Source: Lepidodermella squamata (taxonomy: Eukaryota; Animalia; Gastrotricha). Taken from it: a stretch of 64,000 bases of DNA. Under the pieces are notes generated by a model. It did not search any database and was not told where the DNA came from. It saw only the letters and a list, made by a program, of their open reading frames with translations. Shown in pieces: positions 14,469 through 29,618 of the stretch. Position 1 is the first letter of the stretch, and every line of letters begins with the position of its first letter. The stretch spans positions 2,610,225-2,674,224 of the forward strand of contig JBLDXI010000021.1 of NCBI GenBank assembly GCA_047495785.1, written 5' to 3'. Both the position numbers and the translations under genes were made by a program.

Positions 14469-17400
14469 ATTATTTTGGTTAAATACAATGCTCATACCCT
14501 AAAGGCTTAAATCCCTTATATGTGTACAACAGATACAAGTGTCTAGTACAGTTAACAGACAGTTACTTATTTTTTATTAATCTTTAAGCAGTTACTAACT
14601 TAGCCATAGAGAAATTTTTTTTTCAACTTTGAGATGCGCAATGAACAACGAGCAAGGTCTGGCATCAGTAGCGCCCTACGTGTTCGAGGTAAGCATTCCC
14701 ATATACATCTGCCCAACTGGTTGTTAGTTGATTAATGTCGATTGACTGATATCCGCACTCAGTATCATAGTCTTAACAAGATGGTTCAACTTGCAGATAA
14801 GTTAAAAATTGAACTAAGGATTCTAGGCGAGCATTCCCTCAAAGCGTATTTCATCCAAACGCTTCCATTCAGACCGTAGCCTTCTCGGATATAAATTTAT
14901 GACCGCACAACTAGGTTAACTGTTGCCAATTGCTGACCCATCCCATACTCTAAATGCTATAATTCCTAACTTGAGACGACATTGATGAGCAAACCCCGAG
15001 TGTGCGCAAGTGTGCGCGGCGCAATTAAGCAAATGCGGGGATGAGCTACCTATCACCTTAATAGATTTTGTACTCGGAAGTCCGAAGCATATCATTTGAA
15101 TATCATTTGAAGATGTTTTCCGTATCACTTTGAAATAGCTTATTTTTGAATTTGTTGTATCGATGGGTGATTAGCAAAGGTACTTTGCTCGCACAACTGA
15201 CTGTTGTTACCAAATTGTCGAGGGATAGTCAATGAGAACTAGGCATATAGTGCAATGTAATGGTGCTTTGGTGAATAGTGCACGATTCATGGCAGTGATT
15301 TACGTAGTTGCATTGACTATTGACATTCATATATTAATAACTTTTTAGCTCTTACTTGGCTAACAATTGTTTCTTCCGTGCGACCTATGGCTTCAAGCCA
15401 TTTTTGTCTAAGAATCAATGGCTTCTACGAGTTGGAAGAAGTGAACATACTTCATTTCATATTGTTAACCATAGTTAAACAAACCTTTGGTACTCGATAG
15501 AAATGGCGGTTGTCTTCAGCACCTGTAATTATTAAAAAAAATCGGTGTGTTATTCGGAAAACATTCAGTATGTTCACCTTTATAACGAGCTCTGAACTTG
15601 CAATTCGGAAATCCACATGTTGTAGGCATATTTAAGAGATATCTATAAACAGTTATTCAAGTTGACAAAGTTAAATATTGCCTACATAATAATAAGAAGG
15701 TTTGCTACTGCCGTAAATGCTGTTACGCCGAGGTTTCTTTAGAAAGCGCCAATTATATTTTACACCTATTTATCCAGCGCCACTTCAGACCCAAACCTCA
15801 ATTTCTGTCGCAATCCGTTTTTCCGTTAACTAGAACGTGGTACCTGCGCAGCACTGATTAAGCATCAGGTGTCTTGTTAAATGATTTTTAAGAAAAAAGA
15901 TCGCCCCGAAATCGCTCATTGGGTCTGAATTGTCTCTATGATGGAAGAGGTATGAATAATTTGGAAATAAGAGAATGAATGTCATGTCAGTTCGACCGAG
16001 TTGATGCCAGCTTGATAGATTTATTGCTGTTTTGTGGTGTCTTGATCTCGCAATAAGTGAATGCGATGCGACCTAATGGATGTTTACGTGGAATCACTGT
16101 ACCCATCCCACCAAGAGCACCATCAAAAATTGACACTCGAGCTGTAGGCGTCGTCTCCTACTAGTGAGTCTTCTTCCGCAGCGACGGTGTCAGCGCGGCT
16201 CCAGCTCCGATGGCTCATGTGCACTCATTCGCTTGATAGTCGTCGATATTGGCACATACGTGGGTGACGTTTTATCGCTTTCGCCGTGATGCTTGATGCT
16301 GACATTATATATCTTGTTGAAAATACGGCGTTGTGTTGGGCGCATATGAAATTTAGAAAGCACTTGTGCTGGAGATATTAGCAGACAGACACACGACGCG
16401 GAGCCGATATATGCTGGAAGTGGGGCTTCGTTGATCCTAAAATCACGAGCGCAAAATTTGCGGGCAAGAAGAATTTGTGCGGTGAGCACAACCATGTGCA
16501 AAATGCGAATTATAGGCTTTAAAATATGTGGTGGTCGGGTCTTATATTATTAGTTGGGTGGCTGAAAATATTACGCTATTCTTTCTCTAGTGTTGCTACT
16601 CTTCATTTGGTATTGCTACTTCCGTGTGGTGCTGGCCAGAAAATCACAGCGAACGTGTCCTTGCCTGGCCGTATCGTGCCGGTGTGGAAGACGCTGAGTA
16701 CGGAGGTCGATGACGGCGGCGGCGGCGGCGACGCAGAAGAATATTGGCTAGATGATGACGGCAGTGGTTGGCTGGTGGATGTACACGGCACTAAGCAATA
16801 ATACATTGGCGGGCGGCGCCATCAGCGTTGCGTGTGTATTGTTTCTATGTGCCAAATACATGTGCGCGAACGCGCGAGCGCGCGCTGGGATGTAGAGTGG
16901 ATTAAAGATTTTGGTATTAAGAAAATCGATAATTTGCGACCGGGAGCCAGAGTCTTTTCCTCCCTTTGCCAGTCTCAAGTCCTGATTACACGTACTATAG
17001 ATCGCAGCCGGGTGCCTGACGAACGGCGCGGTGTTGTCCTTACCGCCGCTACGAAGCAACCGCTCCAGACCAGGAGGGAGCCGGGCAACGTCGCGCGAAT
17101 GACTGGGACAGTGCAGAATACAGGCCGCGCCTAGTAGTAAGCAGCGCAGTCTAGAAGCAGTGACGGCAAGCTATATTAGCCGCGAATATCCTGAGACCTG
17201 CCTCAGGTACTCTCGTGTATCCTTTATTAATGCTTAATAATTATACACGCATACACAGCCAGCCACCCACCTTTGCTTATTCGCCGTAATTATTATTATT
17301 ACGTGCGCGTTCGCTCTATCGCGTGCCGTGGTGTTGGTTCACGATGATGGTTCTTCTTCCCCCGGTCGATCATGAGGCGCGGCGATATTGAGATTGAATT

Positions 17401-19004
17401 GGAGTCCATCCGTGGTGGCTTCGCCGTGCGCTCTGCGACCTACCTCGCCGCAGCTATCACTTATCGCGGCGCTGTCGCTGCCGGTCTGCGTTCGATTTCA
17501 GCGAACTTGATGTTGATGGTGACAGTAATACTCGCGACGTAGTATGCCACATAGTGGCGTGGTGTGATAATAATATTTTTGATTAGGTGGGAAGACGCGC
17601 GAAACACGAACGCCGCTGTGTGATGTTGATCATTAACGATTAGCTCTTGTCACTTTGGCGCAAATATGATATCTAAGACTTGACAAGCGGCGGGCGACGG
17701 AAGCTCGTCTGGCTACTAGCTGCCTGGCGCTTCTCCTACGTGGAATGCAGATTTTATGGTAGTATCTGCTTATTAGACTTGTCGTCTAATGAAAAAGATA
17801 TGCTAGCTAGCTCGGATGCCCTTCAGACGCGTCAGCCAAATAATACTAAACACCTAATTGAGGCGAGAGAAATAAAACTAGGCTGGTTGGAACTATCATG
17901 AAGTTTAAAATGAGACAAAGAGCACCTATGCGAGTGAATCCTGCTGATTAGTGAGCAACAAACCACTCAGCACGACTACCCTCGGGGCTCCTCTTAACCA
18001 ATCAATCCGCGCAAAGTTGGTTCTGCGCTTAGCGGAGAAGACACAGTAGTGCAGCGATCGCGACGCGCGTGATGCGATACCGGCTTGTTTTCCTGTTTCC
18101 TCTGCGGCATGCGCGCGCGCTGGATCGGCGGCTGAGTAGTTCTTCGACCGTGTGTCGAATTGGCTAATCCTTTTAATCATTGGCAGTCTTAATCGTTTTT
18201 CGGTGCCGCGATGTCATATCGCCTCGCAGTATATACCTATCGCACGTCCGCCATAATTAGGCTTGTAAGCGACCGTCAGCAGCTTGTAGGTGTGATTACG
18301 GATGTGATGAGACCGGTTGCCGATGGAGTTCAGATAGTTGCGCGCGGCCTTTGCCGCTCAGTAATCCTTAATAATATAGACAGATAATATGCGTGTGTAT
18401 ATGTGTGTGTCTATGTCATATCACCTGGTCGACGGCAAAGGGATGAGCTTAAGTAGATGCCAGCCTGCAAGGAAATTCAAACCCCACATTACGCGCCGTC
18501 GCCATCCGTGCGCGCACTCACTAATATAATCACAAATGTGACGATAATGGAAAGAAAACTTGCCGCGGGTGGTGAAGCCTTGTCATTTTCCTGAGACTTA
18601 ATTAGAAGGAGAGCATCACCTCAAGTTGGTCATCGACCAGCGGCGCCGATTGCTGTAAACACGGCGTGTCCTGGCGTAAAACAGGGCGATGAAAACGAAG
18701 CTTTGAATTCTTTCGTATCGTCTGAAAATGAAAACCGAATTTTATAGGTGGAAATCACAGTGAATAGAAAAATGAATGAACATGAGAATATTGTCGAAGA
18801 TGTCAAAGATTGATGCTGATGTCAGGGTTTTTTCGGTTTTCATGTTGAATATCAGTCAATAATTTCATTTATATTATTCTACTTTGAATTAATCTCCGGA
18901 TTGGTATATTTGCACTATTGGAATAGGTCATCGTTGTTTTATTGTTGTGTTTAATCTATTATTCACTGCAAGATCTTGCGTCCGTGATAGGTCGCATATT
19001 TGCA

Positions 19005-22000
19005 ATGACCGTTTTACGTCTCGTTGCAAAACGACTAGCTTCGTTAATATTGTTATCCAGCTGCCTCGTTCATGGACAGAGAGGTAAATTTTCTGGAAAT
19101 CTGCTTGGGAATAGCTTTGATGTGACAATATTGATTAGTCGCTGAAATAGCCGGATACACGCCGTTGGCGGGGAACTGCCCGGGAAATACAATCCCTCCA
19201 ACGCTGCAGCTCAGCCCAGAAGATTGTGCTGTTCGATGCGATGCCGACCCGAACTGCGCTGGTTTTTCATACACGACAAGTGAGTATGAACTCTCGTGTC
19301 TGTTGAAATCAGACGCATGTGCCTCTCCGCTTGAAATGAAGGAGTATTCCTTCTATAAAAAACGTAAGTGCAAATTGGTTCCAGGACATTTTCATCTTGA
19401 AATCATAAACATATCTTAGGCGAAGAAACAATCGCATGCAGTGCTGGGCCAAAGTTACTTCGAAGCCTGAGCGTGGCGAAAATTCCCGGGCGATATTTTG
19501 TAGCGTGTCCCACTTTACAGTTCACGTGCTCCGGCTCACTCTACAGGTAAAACTTTGAAAATTTAAAATTCAACACGATGAGTATGAACATTACAGGTGG
19601 GAATTTTACTCCGCTTCGGAGAGTGGATATCAGGTTCATCTGATTGTTTTGCGGAAAAATGCCCAGCAAGATTCTTATAAGCTTGTGGGCTTCAACGCCC
19701 TCAGCGTATTCAAAAAAGGCCTCACTAATTACACGGTTCATAAAGCCGTACGCGTCGAGGTTCAAGCCAACGATTTCATAGGTTTCATGTATGACGAGAG
19801 CGCTCAGACCGGCGTGGTAGCGTGGCTCGATGCAACAGATAACATGGTGGGATACAGCCAGGACGACTTGCCAACATGTTTCAGGACAACGCTCTGGCGA
19901 TCGGAAGTCTTGCGCCAGAAAGAAAACTTGGTAATCAATGCGCCTCCCGAGAGAACGAAACTGCCGTTATTAAGAGCCTATATTACGAACGATCGTAAGC
20001 GCTTCATTTAATGACTATCCGTTGGATAATTTGTATTGATTAGAGAGTGGCCCTGTGTTGTGCCAGCAGCCACCATTCGTACAGAACGGCTACTATACAG
20101 GCAGTGGGTTTCGGGAAATGTCTACCAGGACGTATACGTGTGATCCAGGCTATCGGCTTATTGGTAAAATTATTGATTATAACGCAATTGTACGAGCTAA
20201 ACCTCTTTTACGTAACCAGACAATCCGGTTATAACGTGCCTCCCAGGTAATGAGAATGTGCTTAATACTGATGATGCCTTAACTGAACTTGTGAGATAGA
20301 TGGCTCCTGGACAAAGCCGCCTACTTGTGAAAAAGAAATGAATCTTGTTGGCGCTACTGGTTGTCCTGATAATCCGATCGTACCTAACGCTCAGCGAGCT
20401 CCTGCAGATGTTCTCATGGCTTCACAACCCGGGCAGCCTGCTATGTCTGCTCCGTCTGCATCTAGCGGAAGCGTGGTCGTTTATCACTGTGACAGCGGTT
20501 ACGAACTCGAAGGTCCTCTCTTCAGCATTTGCCAACCAGATGGTTCTTGGTCAACTCCTCCAACTTGCATTCGTATGTTTTTCTTTCACATTAAGTAGAA
20601 TGGCAATATTAAATATAACACTGTGTCTATATTTTTAACCTTGAAACACAAATCTATAGTTTTTCATACTTCAAATATAGATTTGAATATGAACTATATT
20701 TCTGATCTATATCTGAAATATAGATTCAGGTTTATCTATATTTTTGACCTGGAAAATCTATATTTTGAATATAAATGCCCATTTCCAAGCCTGTCTAACG
20801 GAAAAACACAGGGATATAGTTTTCGCAACGCAATTTATTATGAAAGAAAATGGGGAAATTCAATTTTGAGAATAATTTAGACGGGGACAGCATGGCAGGC
20901 GGGCTGCAAATATTGGCCGTAGGAACCAGGATTTCTCAGAAAACTCCGGAAAATCGAGCAGCATTTCGTCCCCGCTGTGCATGAATTCGCAGCGATTAGT
21001 GGGTCGGATCGCGCAGAAGATCATCGAACAGGTACGGTCAGCAAGTCGTCTCCTTAGATCGATAGAACGCGCCGCGAACACTGAGCAGAAAATCCAGAAA
21101 ATCGGACAGCATTTTGACCCCAATTCGCAGAAATCACCACCGTGAAACTTGATTGAACTTGAAGTACTCTGCCAGCGACAGTTCCGATTCGATCACGCTG
21201 AAAACATCGACGTACCAAACACCGTTGCGACGCGCTAGTCTGAAATTGAGCCATTTTCAACATCCAGAGATGAAATTCCGACGGACTGCTGTCGACTTTC
21301 TTCCATCGCAACCAAACGTGTCGTTCAAATCGAACCAGTTTCTTCGGTTGTAAAGGCGCATGGTTTTCGCGAACGTTGATTTCGAAGGAACCAGGTTTCA
21401 GGGTTGATGGGTTATCGAACCATTCGGCTTCAATTGCGGCAGCTTTGCCAATCGGAGCAGAATTCTGGGAGCATTTGTTCGGGAAATTCGAGCAGAATTC
21501 CGTTCGGACAGAAAATCGACTTTCAAAACGAGACGAAATTCGAACGAATGAGAAAAAATGAGCGAGAATGAGAATAAAGCCATTTTTAGGGGAAATTTTA
21601 AGTTGGATTTTTTATTTTTTAATACTTCTGCGTTGCGAAAAATATAGACACGTGTAATATTTTACGATACAACATTCGTAGAAACCTATATTTTCGTGAA
21701 GCACTCGTATAGATCTCGTAAAACTCATTCACCTCGTGAAATCTCGTCTCCACTCGCCTGCCGGCTCGTTCCGCCTCGATTTCACTCGTTTCATTCGTTT
21801 TACTCGATCTATATTTCGTGCTTCACTCAAATATAGATTCCTACTCATGTTATATCATACAAATATAAAAAACATTATTTACAGCTACACCGGAACCGAG
21901 ATGTCGTGCGGGCCGCCGAGTAACTGACTCATTCAGGATACAATTTGCGCCCAGCCAATCGCCTGATTTTATCGCCTGTCCGTCAATGCGTGTTGGCTGT

Positions 22001-25000
22001 GTCGGGGAAACCAATCGTTGGATCTTTTTCAGCCGCAAGGATGACGGTACCCCTGTGGTGCTAAGTGTGTGGCGCGAAACCTCGGTTGGCCAGTTCGTTC
22101 AAGTTGCCAATTACTTCTGGAATGCAACGGTCGTTGGGCGTGTAGTTTTGGTCATCCCGCCTGAGTCACGTCGCCGCGTCATCCAGGACGACTTCGTTTC
22201 AGTGCACTACATGAGCTCGGAAATGACTCCAGTCATCCCGTGGGCTGATGAATCATACCTGGCTGACTTGCCTTCGCCCGACGAGCTGTACGAATGTTAC
22301 ACTGCCCCACTCTATGACAGCCAGATCGAGCGCAGTATTCGCAAGCAAGGCTTCCTGAACATGCCAATGTACAAAACTCGACGCTTGCCCGCAGTTCAGC
22401 TGCTCATATCAGACGTCGCGAAGTGCACGGCGCCGCCGGTCGTTGCTCACGCCGCAAATAATTTCCCGTCAAATCAAATCGCCAACTTCGGCTATGGCGT
22501 CTCGTATCGAGGTTACGGCGGCGAACCTGACTACGAACTGCGCGACGCCTTACCTGTTGACGTCTCGAACATGCTGGTCGACGCCGGTACTTTGGTGCAG
22601 TACTTTTGCGAAGACGGTTTCCGTATTCAAGGCCGACCATTTGTTACGTGCCAGCGCAATGGAACTTGGACCAAACCTCCAACTTGCCAATGTATTCTTT
22701 ATAATTTGACAACTTGAAAATGATGTAAAGCGATATTTTTATAGCCGTGGTTTACGATTGCAGTGCGGGCAACCCTCCAGAAATGCTGGACATGTTACCG
22801 GCCACCCCGATGCGGAAGCAGCTTTACTTGTTTCCGAACTTGCGGATTGGATGTTCATCTGAAATCGTTAGGTACGATTTTCAAATTCACGATGTGGCCT
22901 TAATTCATTGTGGATTCGCTCATGCTTAGGTGGGAATTCTTCTCTATGGTATCTGAGAAGACAGTGATCTACTTTGATGTTTGGCGCCGCATTGAACTGG
23001 ATATCTATCAGCTGATCAACTCAAACAAAGTTGTTGTCGCTCAGAGCGGAAGAGTTGTCTACGACGTTCCACCAGCCGAGCGTATCTTGGTTCAGCGAGA
23101 TTGCCTCCTAGGCTTCCATTACGAATCGCTCGCTGGGCCTGCTGTCATCCCACTTTACACACCTGAGGATCTCAGCCTGTTATTCCCACCTCCCGATATG
23201 ACGCTCAATAACATTACTAGTGCAGACTTGTTCGCTACCTCAACGCCGTCCCGGCAGCAAATTTTATTGTCTGAGCGACTCTTCGAGTTCCAGTCAAAAC
23301 CCATCAATCACGCAAAATTGCTCAAAGAAATTCGCATTTCTAATTACATGTCCGTAATTGGTCAGACGGCGAATCGGGCCGTTGCTCCGGCATTCGCTGC
23401 ATATGCGCGAAGTAATTTTCCTTGTTTATAAGCCGTCATCTAGCAGCCTTATTTTACTAGGTGTGTCCGGTTGTGGTTTGGCTCCATCCGTCCCTTACGC
23501 TCAATTTACGATGTCAGATCCTCGAGGTTCGGTAGGCAGCATGGCGACCTACGAATGTTTTGATGGATTCGGCTTGATCGGTAACGCTGTCTCGAAGTGC
23601 GGAATCGACCGAAAGTGGTCTGATACTCCGTTTTGCCAGCAACAAGGTACCATTGAACAACTTTGCGGTCGATGAAATAATCCCAAGTTTGTTTTAGTTT
23701 TATGTACCGCGGGATATCCACTGCCAGCTCAAGCGCCCAAGGGGCTCAGCACATTTTTAATGGTCTTCACGAACTTGACCTTCAACTGCAGTGGAGTTGT
23801 TACAGCTTGGAAATATTACAGCCAAAATCATGGAAGAGTTAGTTTTGATCAACCGTTCGTTTCTTCGAAACGTTAGGTCTTTGATGATTATTAGATTGTT
23901 TACTTCGGCGTTTGGCGGCGAATCGATGCTGGTTTGAATCGTTACAAATTGATTGGGTTTAACAAGGTTACAACATCTACCGTTGGGCTTGAAGTAGCCA
24001 TTGTTAATCCCGAGGATTATATTGTGGCGAAACAAGGCGATATGCTGGGTATTCACTACGACTCAGTCAGAACTCCTGTTCATGAAGTCGTAGTACCATT
24101 TTCCTCAAACGAAGGCCCAGCTGTGACGAAAACGTCGCCATTACATCTGCAAATGTCTGATGGCTTCGTTGCCGAACTCGGTCATGGTGATATAATATCC
24201 CGAAATCGCATCGTACGCTTCCTTGGTCCTCACTTCCACGACTGGCGCAGGCCCGCGCTCCAAGCTATTGTTAAAGTGACATTCACTCATTGCGGTGAAG
24301 CTCCTAATGTCGCATTCGCTCGCGTTCGTGTTGAAGACGACAGCCATGGCGCAGAAGGCACTTATGAGTGCTACGGTGCGTTGTATTTTGAATCGTCAAT
24401 TTTATTTGCTTCAATTTGCAATAATTTTATCCAGACGGGTATTATTTAGTTGGAGAACCTACTGTGACTTGTCAGTATAACGGTTACTGGACTACGCCTC
24501 CGAAATGCGTCGCGAATTGTAAGAATTTCACTTGAAAAAATCGAAACTACTATCAAGTTTTTTAAATAGCGAAATGCATTTGGAATCTGTTGCCTTCAAC
24601 TTGGCCTCAAATGGCAACATCAGACCTCGAAGTTTATACGTCACGCCCCATTCTTTGCTCGGGATTTGTGAAGCGTTGGTCGTTCGTTAGCTTGGCTGCA
24701 AGCGGAACTGTTTATTTCGATATATGGCGCCCGATTCGTGGGTCCGACAAAACGGAGACCGGGAAATTTCGGCTGCAATTGATTGGCTACAACACAGTCA
24801 ACAATATAACTCGTAAATGGTCAACTTTAGTTAGTGATTGACAATCAACAATGTTCTATTTCAGGTGGCGTAAACACCATGATTGTTCCCCCGGAATCGC
24901 AAATTTTGGTAAACGTGGGCGATTTGATTGGAGTGCACTATCCGAACTCGTTGAGCAAGGTTATTCCATACCTTGAAGCTAAAGACGATATTCCTGAATC

Positions 25001-26284
25001 TGAGCTGTTTGATGTTGCGACCGCTGCTGGGGTCTATCACGACGAGGATCTCTTCAAGCCATTCCAATATTCTAAATCTTTCGAAAGCGTCCTTCATAAA
25101 ACGAAATATCCGGCAATCGAGGCTTTCATTTACAACGGTATGAAGATAAATGACATGCAGTGACTGCTGATTGAAATTGTTAATTCTTTGTCTTTTTAAT
25201 AAGAGCAAGAAAAACCCTACAAAGCCTGCAATGTGTGGACGACTTGTGCTGCAAATAGCGAATGCATCAGCCTCAACTGCCGCCAACCGACTTGCGTCTG
25301 CAAATTCGGATACTGGTTGTCAGATGACGGTTTCAGGTGCCTGCCTGCTGCTCGCTTGTTGCAGACCTGTGGCTCTTCGAATGTAGCTTGCGCGACTTTT
25401 AACGCTCGTTGCGATCCGGCGTCGAATATTTGCAACTGTAATTACGACATGGAGCCTTCTACGGATGGTACTCGATGCAGACCTCGTTCGACAGCCCAGA
25501 ATTCGTTGCTTAATGAGCCATGCAGTAAGTTCACGTCTATTTATAAATAATCTGAAGGTTTCTGAACCTGAGCTATTCTAGTTACTGAAACAAGCATAGT
25601 CTTTCTATTTTGAAGAATTAAATTGAAAAAATGCATCTTTCCATGATTGAAATACATTTAACTTCAGCCGATTTTCAAGTTTCAATTGTTAGCATTGAAA
25701 TAATTTGCGCGAAAGGGTTTGAACATTGAGCAAGTCTTGCTAAAATGTTTGCTTCAATATTACAGAGAAATCAGAAGATTGCTATCAATCAATGCTTGGT
25801 CAAGATTGTGTTCAAGGACGTTGCCGATGCTCAATAGGATTCAGAGAAAAAACTGAAGAGGAGCTACGAATTGTACCCACCGATACTCGTGAATGCGTGG
25901 AACTGTCTCTAAATTTCAGTGAGTTGGGATATTTGTTTTCGAGAATACCTGTTGATAATTTCCTCCTTTTTAGGCTTCTATCACGCTTACGACGAAAGGT
26001 GCTTTTCAGAAAGCAGCCCGTATTACACAGAGCTCTACGGTGAAAACCTCCGCCTTGGCTCAGATAAACCTGCCGCTGTATCAGCCATCGCGAGGTCAAA
26101 TGTTCGCGAGTCATTGCCTGTTGCACCGACGGCGGCACCGCTGCTTGGAGAGGAATCCGAGTATATATTTGTCGTTTCTCGGCTCAACATAAAGCAATTT
26201 TCAGTTGCTGTTACAGCTTTTGCATTCATCATTTCGGCGTTGGTCACCCTATACATCCGTCGGAAGCGCAGAACTCGTTTTTAG
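19005..26284 (+). CDS. Multi-exon type I membrane protein: signal peptide, PAN/apple, five sushi/CCP modules interleaved with five copies of a ~150-aa repeat domain, EGF/EB-like Cys-rich repeats, TM, basic tail
   Basis: Signal peptide MTVLRLVAKRLASLILLSSCLVHG; PAN (CAVRCDADPNCAGFSY..CLLKS); sushi (YHCDSGYELEG..CQPDGSWSTPPTC; YFCEDGFRIQG..CQRNGTWTKPPTC); TM AVTAFAFIISALVTLYI then RRKRR. Exon boundaries approximate. Confidence 0.8.
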
Positions 26285-28898
26285 TTTACTTCTTTTGTAC
26301 TTTTTATTTACCCGGTCTATTGTATATTTGAACTGATTGTTGATTGCTCAGCTTATCAAGTGCTGCTCAGTAGTGTCTCTCATGATTGTTACGCTAATGT
26401 TGAAGTATCTTCAAAAGGATTCAAGGATTCTTCTTCCTCATTGACTATTCTTACGCCTGTGGTTTCCTCTGATGAACGGTAATGTAATAAAGGAGTTTCG
26501 ACATTTTTATCCTGTTTTTTTTATTTAAGAATGGTATCCGCGATTTCAAAATCGTTATCAGGACCATCGAAAATCTCTAGAACTATGCCGTCAAATATTT
26601 TTTCACCCGCAAAATTTAAATGTCCCGACGCATTACGATCGAAAAAAATTGAGCGTATAGACAATGGCATCGACGTATCAATTTCTGAACGAGCAATACA
26701 GAATTATGAAAAGTACACTACCGGGGAGCGGTAAAATTTTGTCAGGTACAACCTTGACAACGTTTTTTCGAAAAAAACTTTATCCCGCAGTAAAAATCGT
26801 TTTTTCGCAGTAAGTATCTTCTTTTCGCAGTAACACACTTTTTCGCGCAGTAAGGACTTTTCTCTGCAGCAAATCGACTTTTTCTCGCGAACCATTACCG
26901 TGCCAGACCAAAAAGTTCGTTATAAGAAAAGTTCCTTAAAGCAAAGGCTGAAATTCGGAAATTTTCAGCACTTAAATCCGATTCACCGAATTCCGAAGAG
27001 CCGATGACTCTTCATAGAATGAGTAGGTAGACGTATCCGGTTTCTCAACCTCTAGTCTTTGCTTTTAGCAGGCATTGAAACAAAACATTGATTTTTTAGG
27101 AGAAAACTTTCTTTTTTCTATGAAAGCCCCACGTGTGACAGGCGCCAAGGTACCTAGTTCGTTATAGCTAATGTGTATAACGGGCGTTTTGCCGCCGCGG
27201 CGCCAGCTCATAACGTTCGTTATAGACAAAAATTCGCTATAAAATGCTCGCTATAGCTAATGTTGTTTACATGAAAAAGTGCCTATTTTGGAACGAAACA
27301 ACCAAAATCGTTCGTTATAACAAAAGTTCGCTATAACACCGGTTCATTATATCAAGTCCGGCGCCCATATGCCTTTCGCGCATTTATCAGCGTCCTTTTG
27401 TCTTCTTCCTTCTTTCCTATCTTTCGCTCTCTCAGCTGGTCGACATAGGCCCGATTTTGCATTTGCCTCTGCAAGTTAGATAGAATCCAAATAAATAAAA
27501 AGTTGCATCTGATCACATGATATCAGCATTATAACGCCTCATCTTTTTCATTTACAGAGCAGGAAGCAACAACAAGCAGATATTTGCACAGCAGTAATAT
27601 GCACCCCACATTTTCTGTCACCAACTCGTATCGAGTTGCGCCATAAACAAAACGAATTAATGAGTACTTTTCTTCGCCATTTCTTCGTAAATGGATTCTA
27701 AGCTCATGATACCTATTATTAAGTAATTTGTTCATTTATATGAATAGATACCTTTGAGCTCTGAGCATATGCAGTTAATTTTTAAATACCTGCCATATAG
27801 AACCAACTGTATATAATAATTTTTTTACTGGTACTTTTTTCTTTGCAAATTGACGCGGAGAAAATGTTGCCCTATGCCCTATCTGGCCTTGATTTAAACC
27901 TACTTAAAGAATAAGTCTTGAACCGTAGACTCATGCTGCAATTCTCAACCAAAACTGGATGACATAACGGACGAGGCGACGAGTGATTTTGATAACAGCA
28001 GGAATTGACCTGCTTATTCTTCCTCTTCACTCTCTGTTCTTCCTCTCCTTTCTCTATCTTCATATCCTTCTACTCTTCCACTCGTCCTCCATTCTATTTC
28101 CAAAAGAGTTGAGATTGGAAGAAAGAGTAGGAAGAAGGGAAGAATAAGAAAGGGAAGAGGAAGACTGCTTTTGATCATCAAATTGTTGCTCAGCTAGGGC
28201 TTATTAAGAATTCTAAGTGCGTAAACCCCCTGTTTCAACCTCCATAAGTATTACTTCGAAGTATTGCTATGTAGGCCGCCTTCCGATGGGGGAAACCTTT
28301 CAAACAATAAGTGCATTCTAAATGGGATGCGCCGTTTCAACAAGTAAATAATACCGATCGCCGGAAAAAAATTCGACAACATGCCGTTCCGCATGTTAAT
28401 CTTTACTATATCCCTTCGCATCTTTACATATTATTTACCCTGCAAGACCTTTTCCGCTCACCGCGCACGTGCAGCTACCCCATCCCTCTTTAAATATCGA
28501 TTTGATATGATTGGTTCAGAAATCAGGTAAAGGTAAATAAGTATCATTTTCTCAATTAATACATTTTTTGCTGAACAAGTTACGCGGACCATGAGCGATT
28601 TTTAACCGACAAATTGCTCAGCTATATATGCGGTCCTGTACATATGCTATACCTGTTGGAAGCTTGGGCTTAGGTGCGTAATGAAAATAAATCGAATAAC
28701 GTTTAGATCTTAAAAAAGTAAAGTTAATTTACATCGAGCCACTATCTGCGAAAAACGCATGGAAATTGGTTGAGAACTTGTTCTTCATTACACACATTTC
28801 CTAAAAAAACTAACAGAACTAACTGATAGGTATGTACAATCAAACTTATAACATGGCGAGACTTGATTGTTGGCTTTTTGATAAAGTGTGCGCAAAGA

Positions 28899-29618
28899 TT
28901 TTTTTGCCTCGCTTTTTTTGAATAACTTTTCAACCGTAAGTGATGCGAAGACGCGGGTTTGAGCAAATTAAAGACCAGGCGTGGTCTGATTATTCCTTAA
29001 GAGCTTGTTTCAAAAAGATGTACCTCGAAAAGTTGTGCGAGAAATGCGTTTCGCCATTTTTCATACTTTTTCATTTTTGAAAAATGAAAGTTTTGCATCC
29101 GATGTGGCCTGAGTTGATTGTATCTCTCGCCAGAGGCTTCAGATTTTGTTGGCATATGGTCTGTGATGGATCCAAGTCACCGATGCCCGAAGCAAACATT
29201 GCACGACTCTCCGAAACTCGAGGTTTCATTCAATTGGCACGGATCAATCAAAAATTCTGCAAAATCATTTCCGATCGCGGTTGGTGGATAAGACCTTTTC
29301 TGAGGGCGCTAATTCAAATTTCCCTGTTGACGGCGCGTTATTGACCCAATTCCCAACTAAGAAAATTTTCCAATATAAAGCTGTTTCACAGGAGGATGCC
29401 ATTCAACCTCAAATCCTGTAAAATGTCATTTTTCAAAAATGAGAATGTTTGAAATAATCGCGAATTGCATTTTGGTCATCAATTTTCTCTCTCAAATCCC
29501 ATTCTACCGAAAATTTGAGGGAAGATTATACTCCGCACTGGATCTATCGGCTGGCGAAAACCGCATTGAAAAATTCATCATGGTTATGGAGTTATTCAAA
29601 AAAAGCGAGGCAAAAAAA
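28899..29618. repeat. Inverted repeat pair within a probable decayed non-autonomous DNA transposon
   Basis: ttttttgcctcgctttttttgaataac (~28899) vs gttattcaaaaaaagcgaggcaaaaaa (~29591). Confidence 0.5.

Noticed and set aside
16190-18180. Cluster of short ORFs in a GC-richer stretch
   Set aside because: No recognisable domain or consistent exon chain; may be regulatory or UTR sequence.
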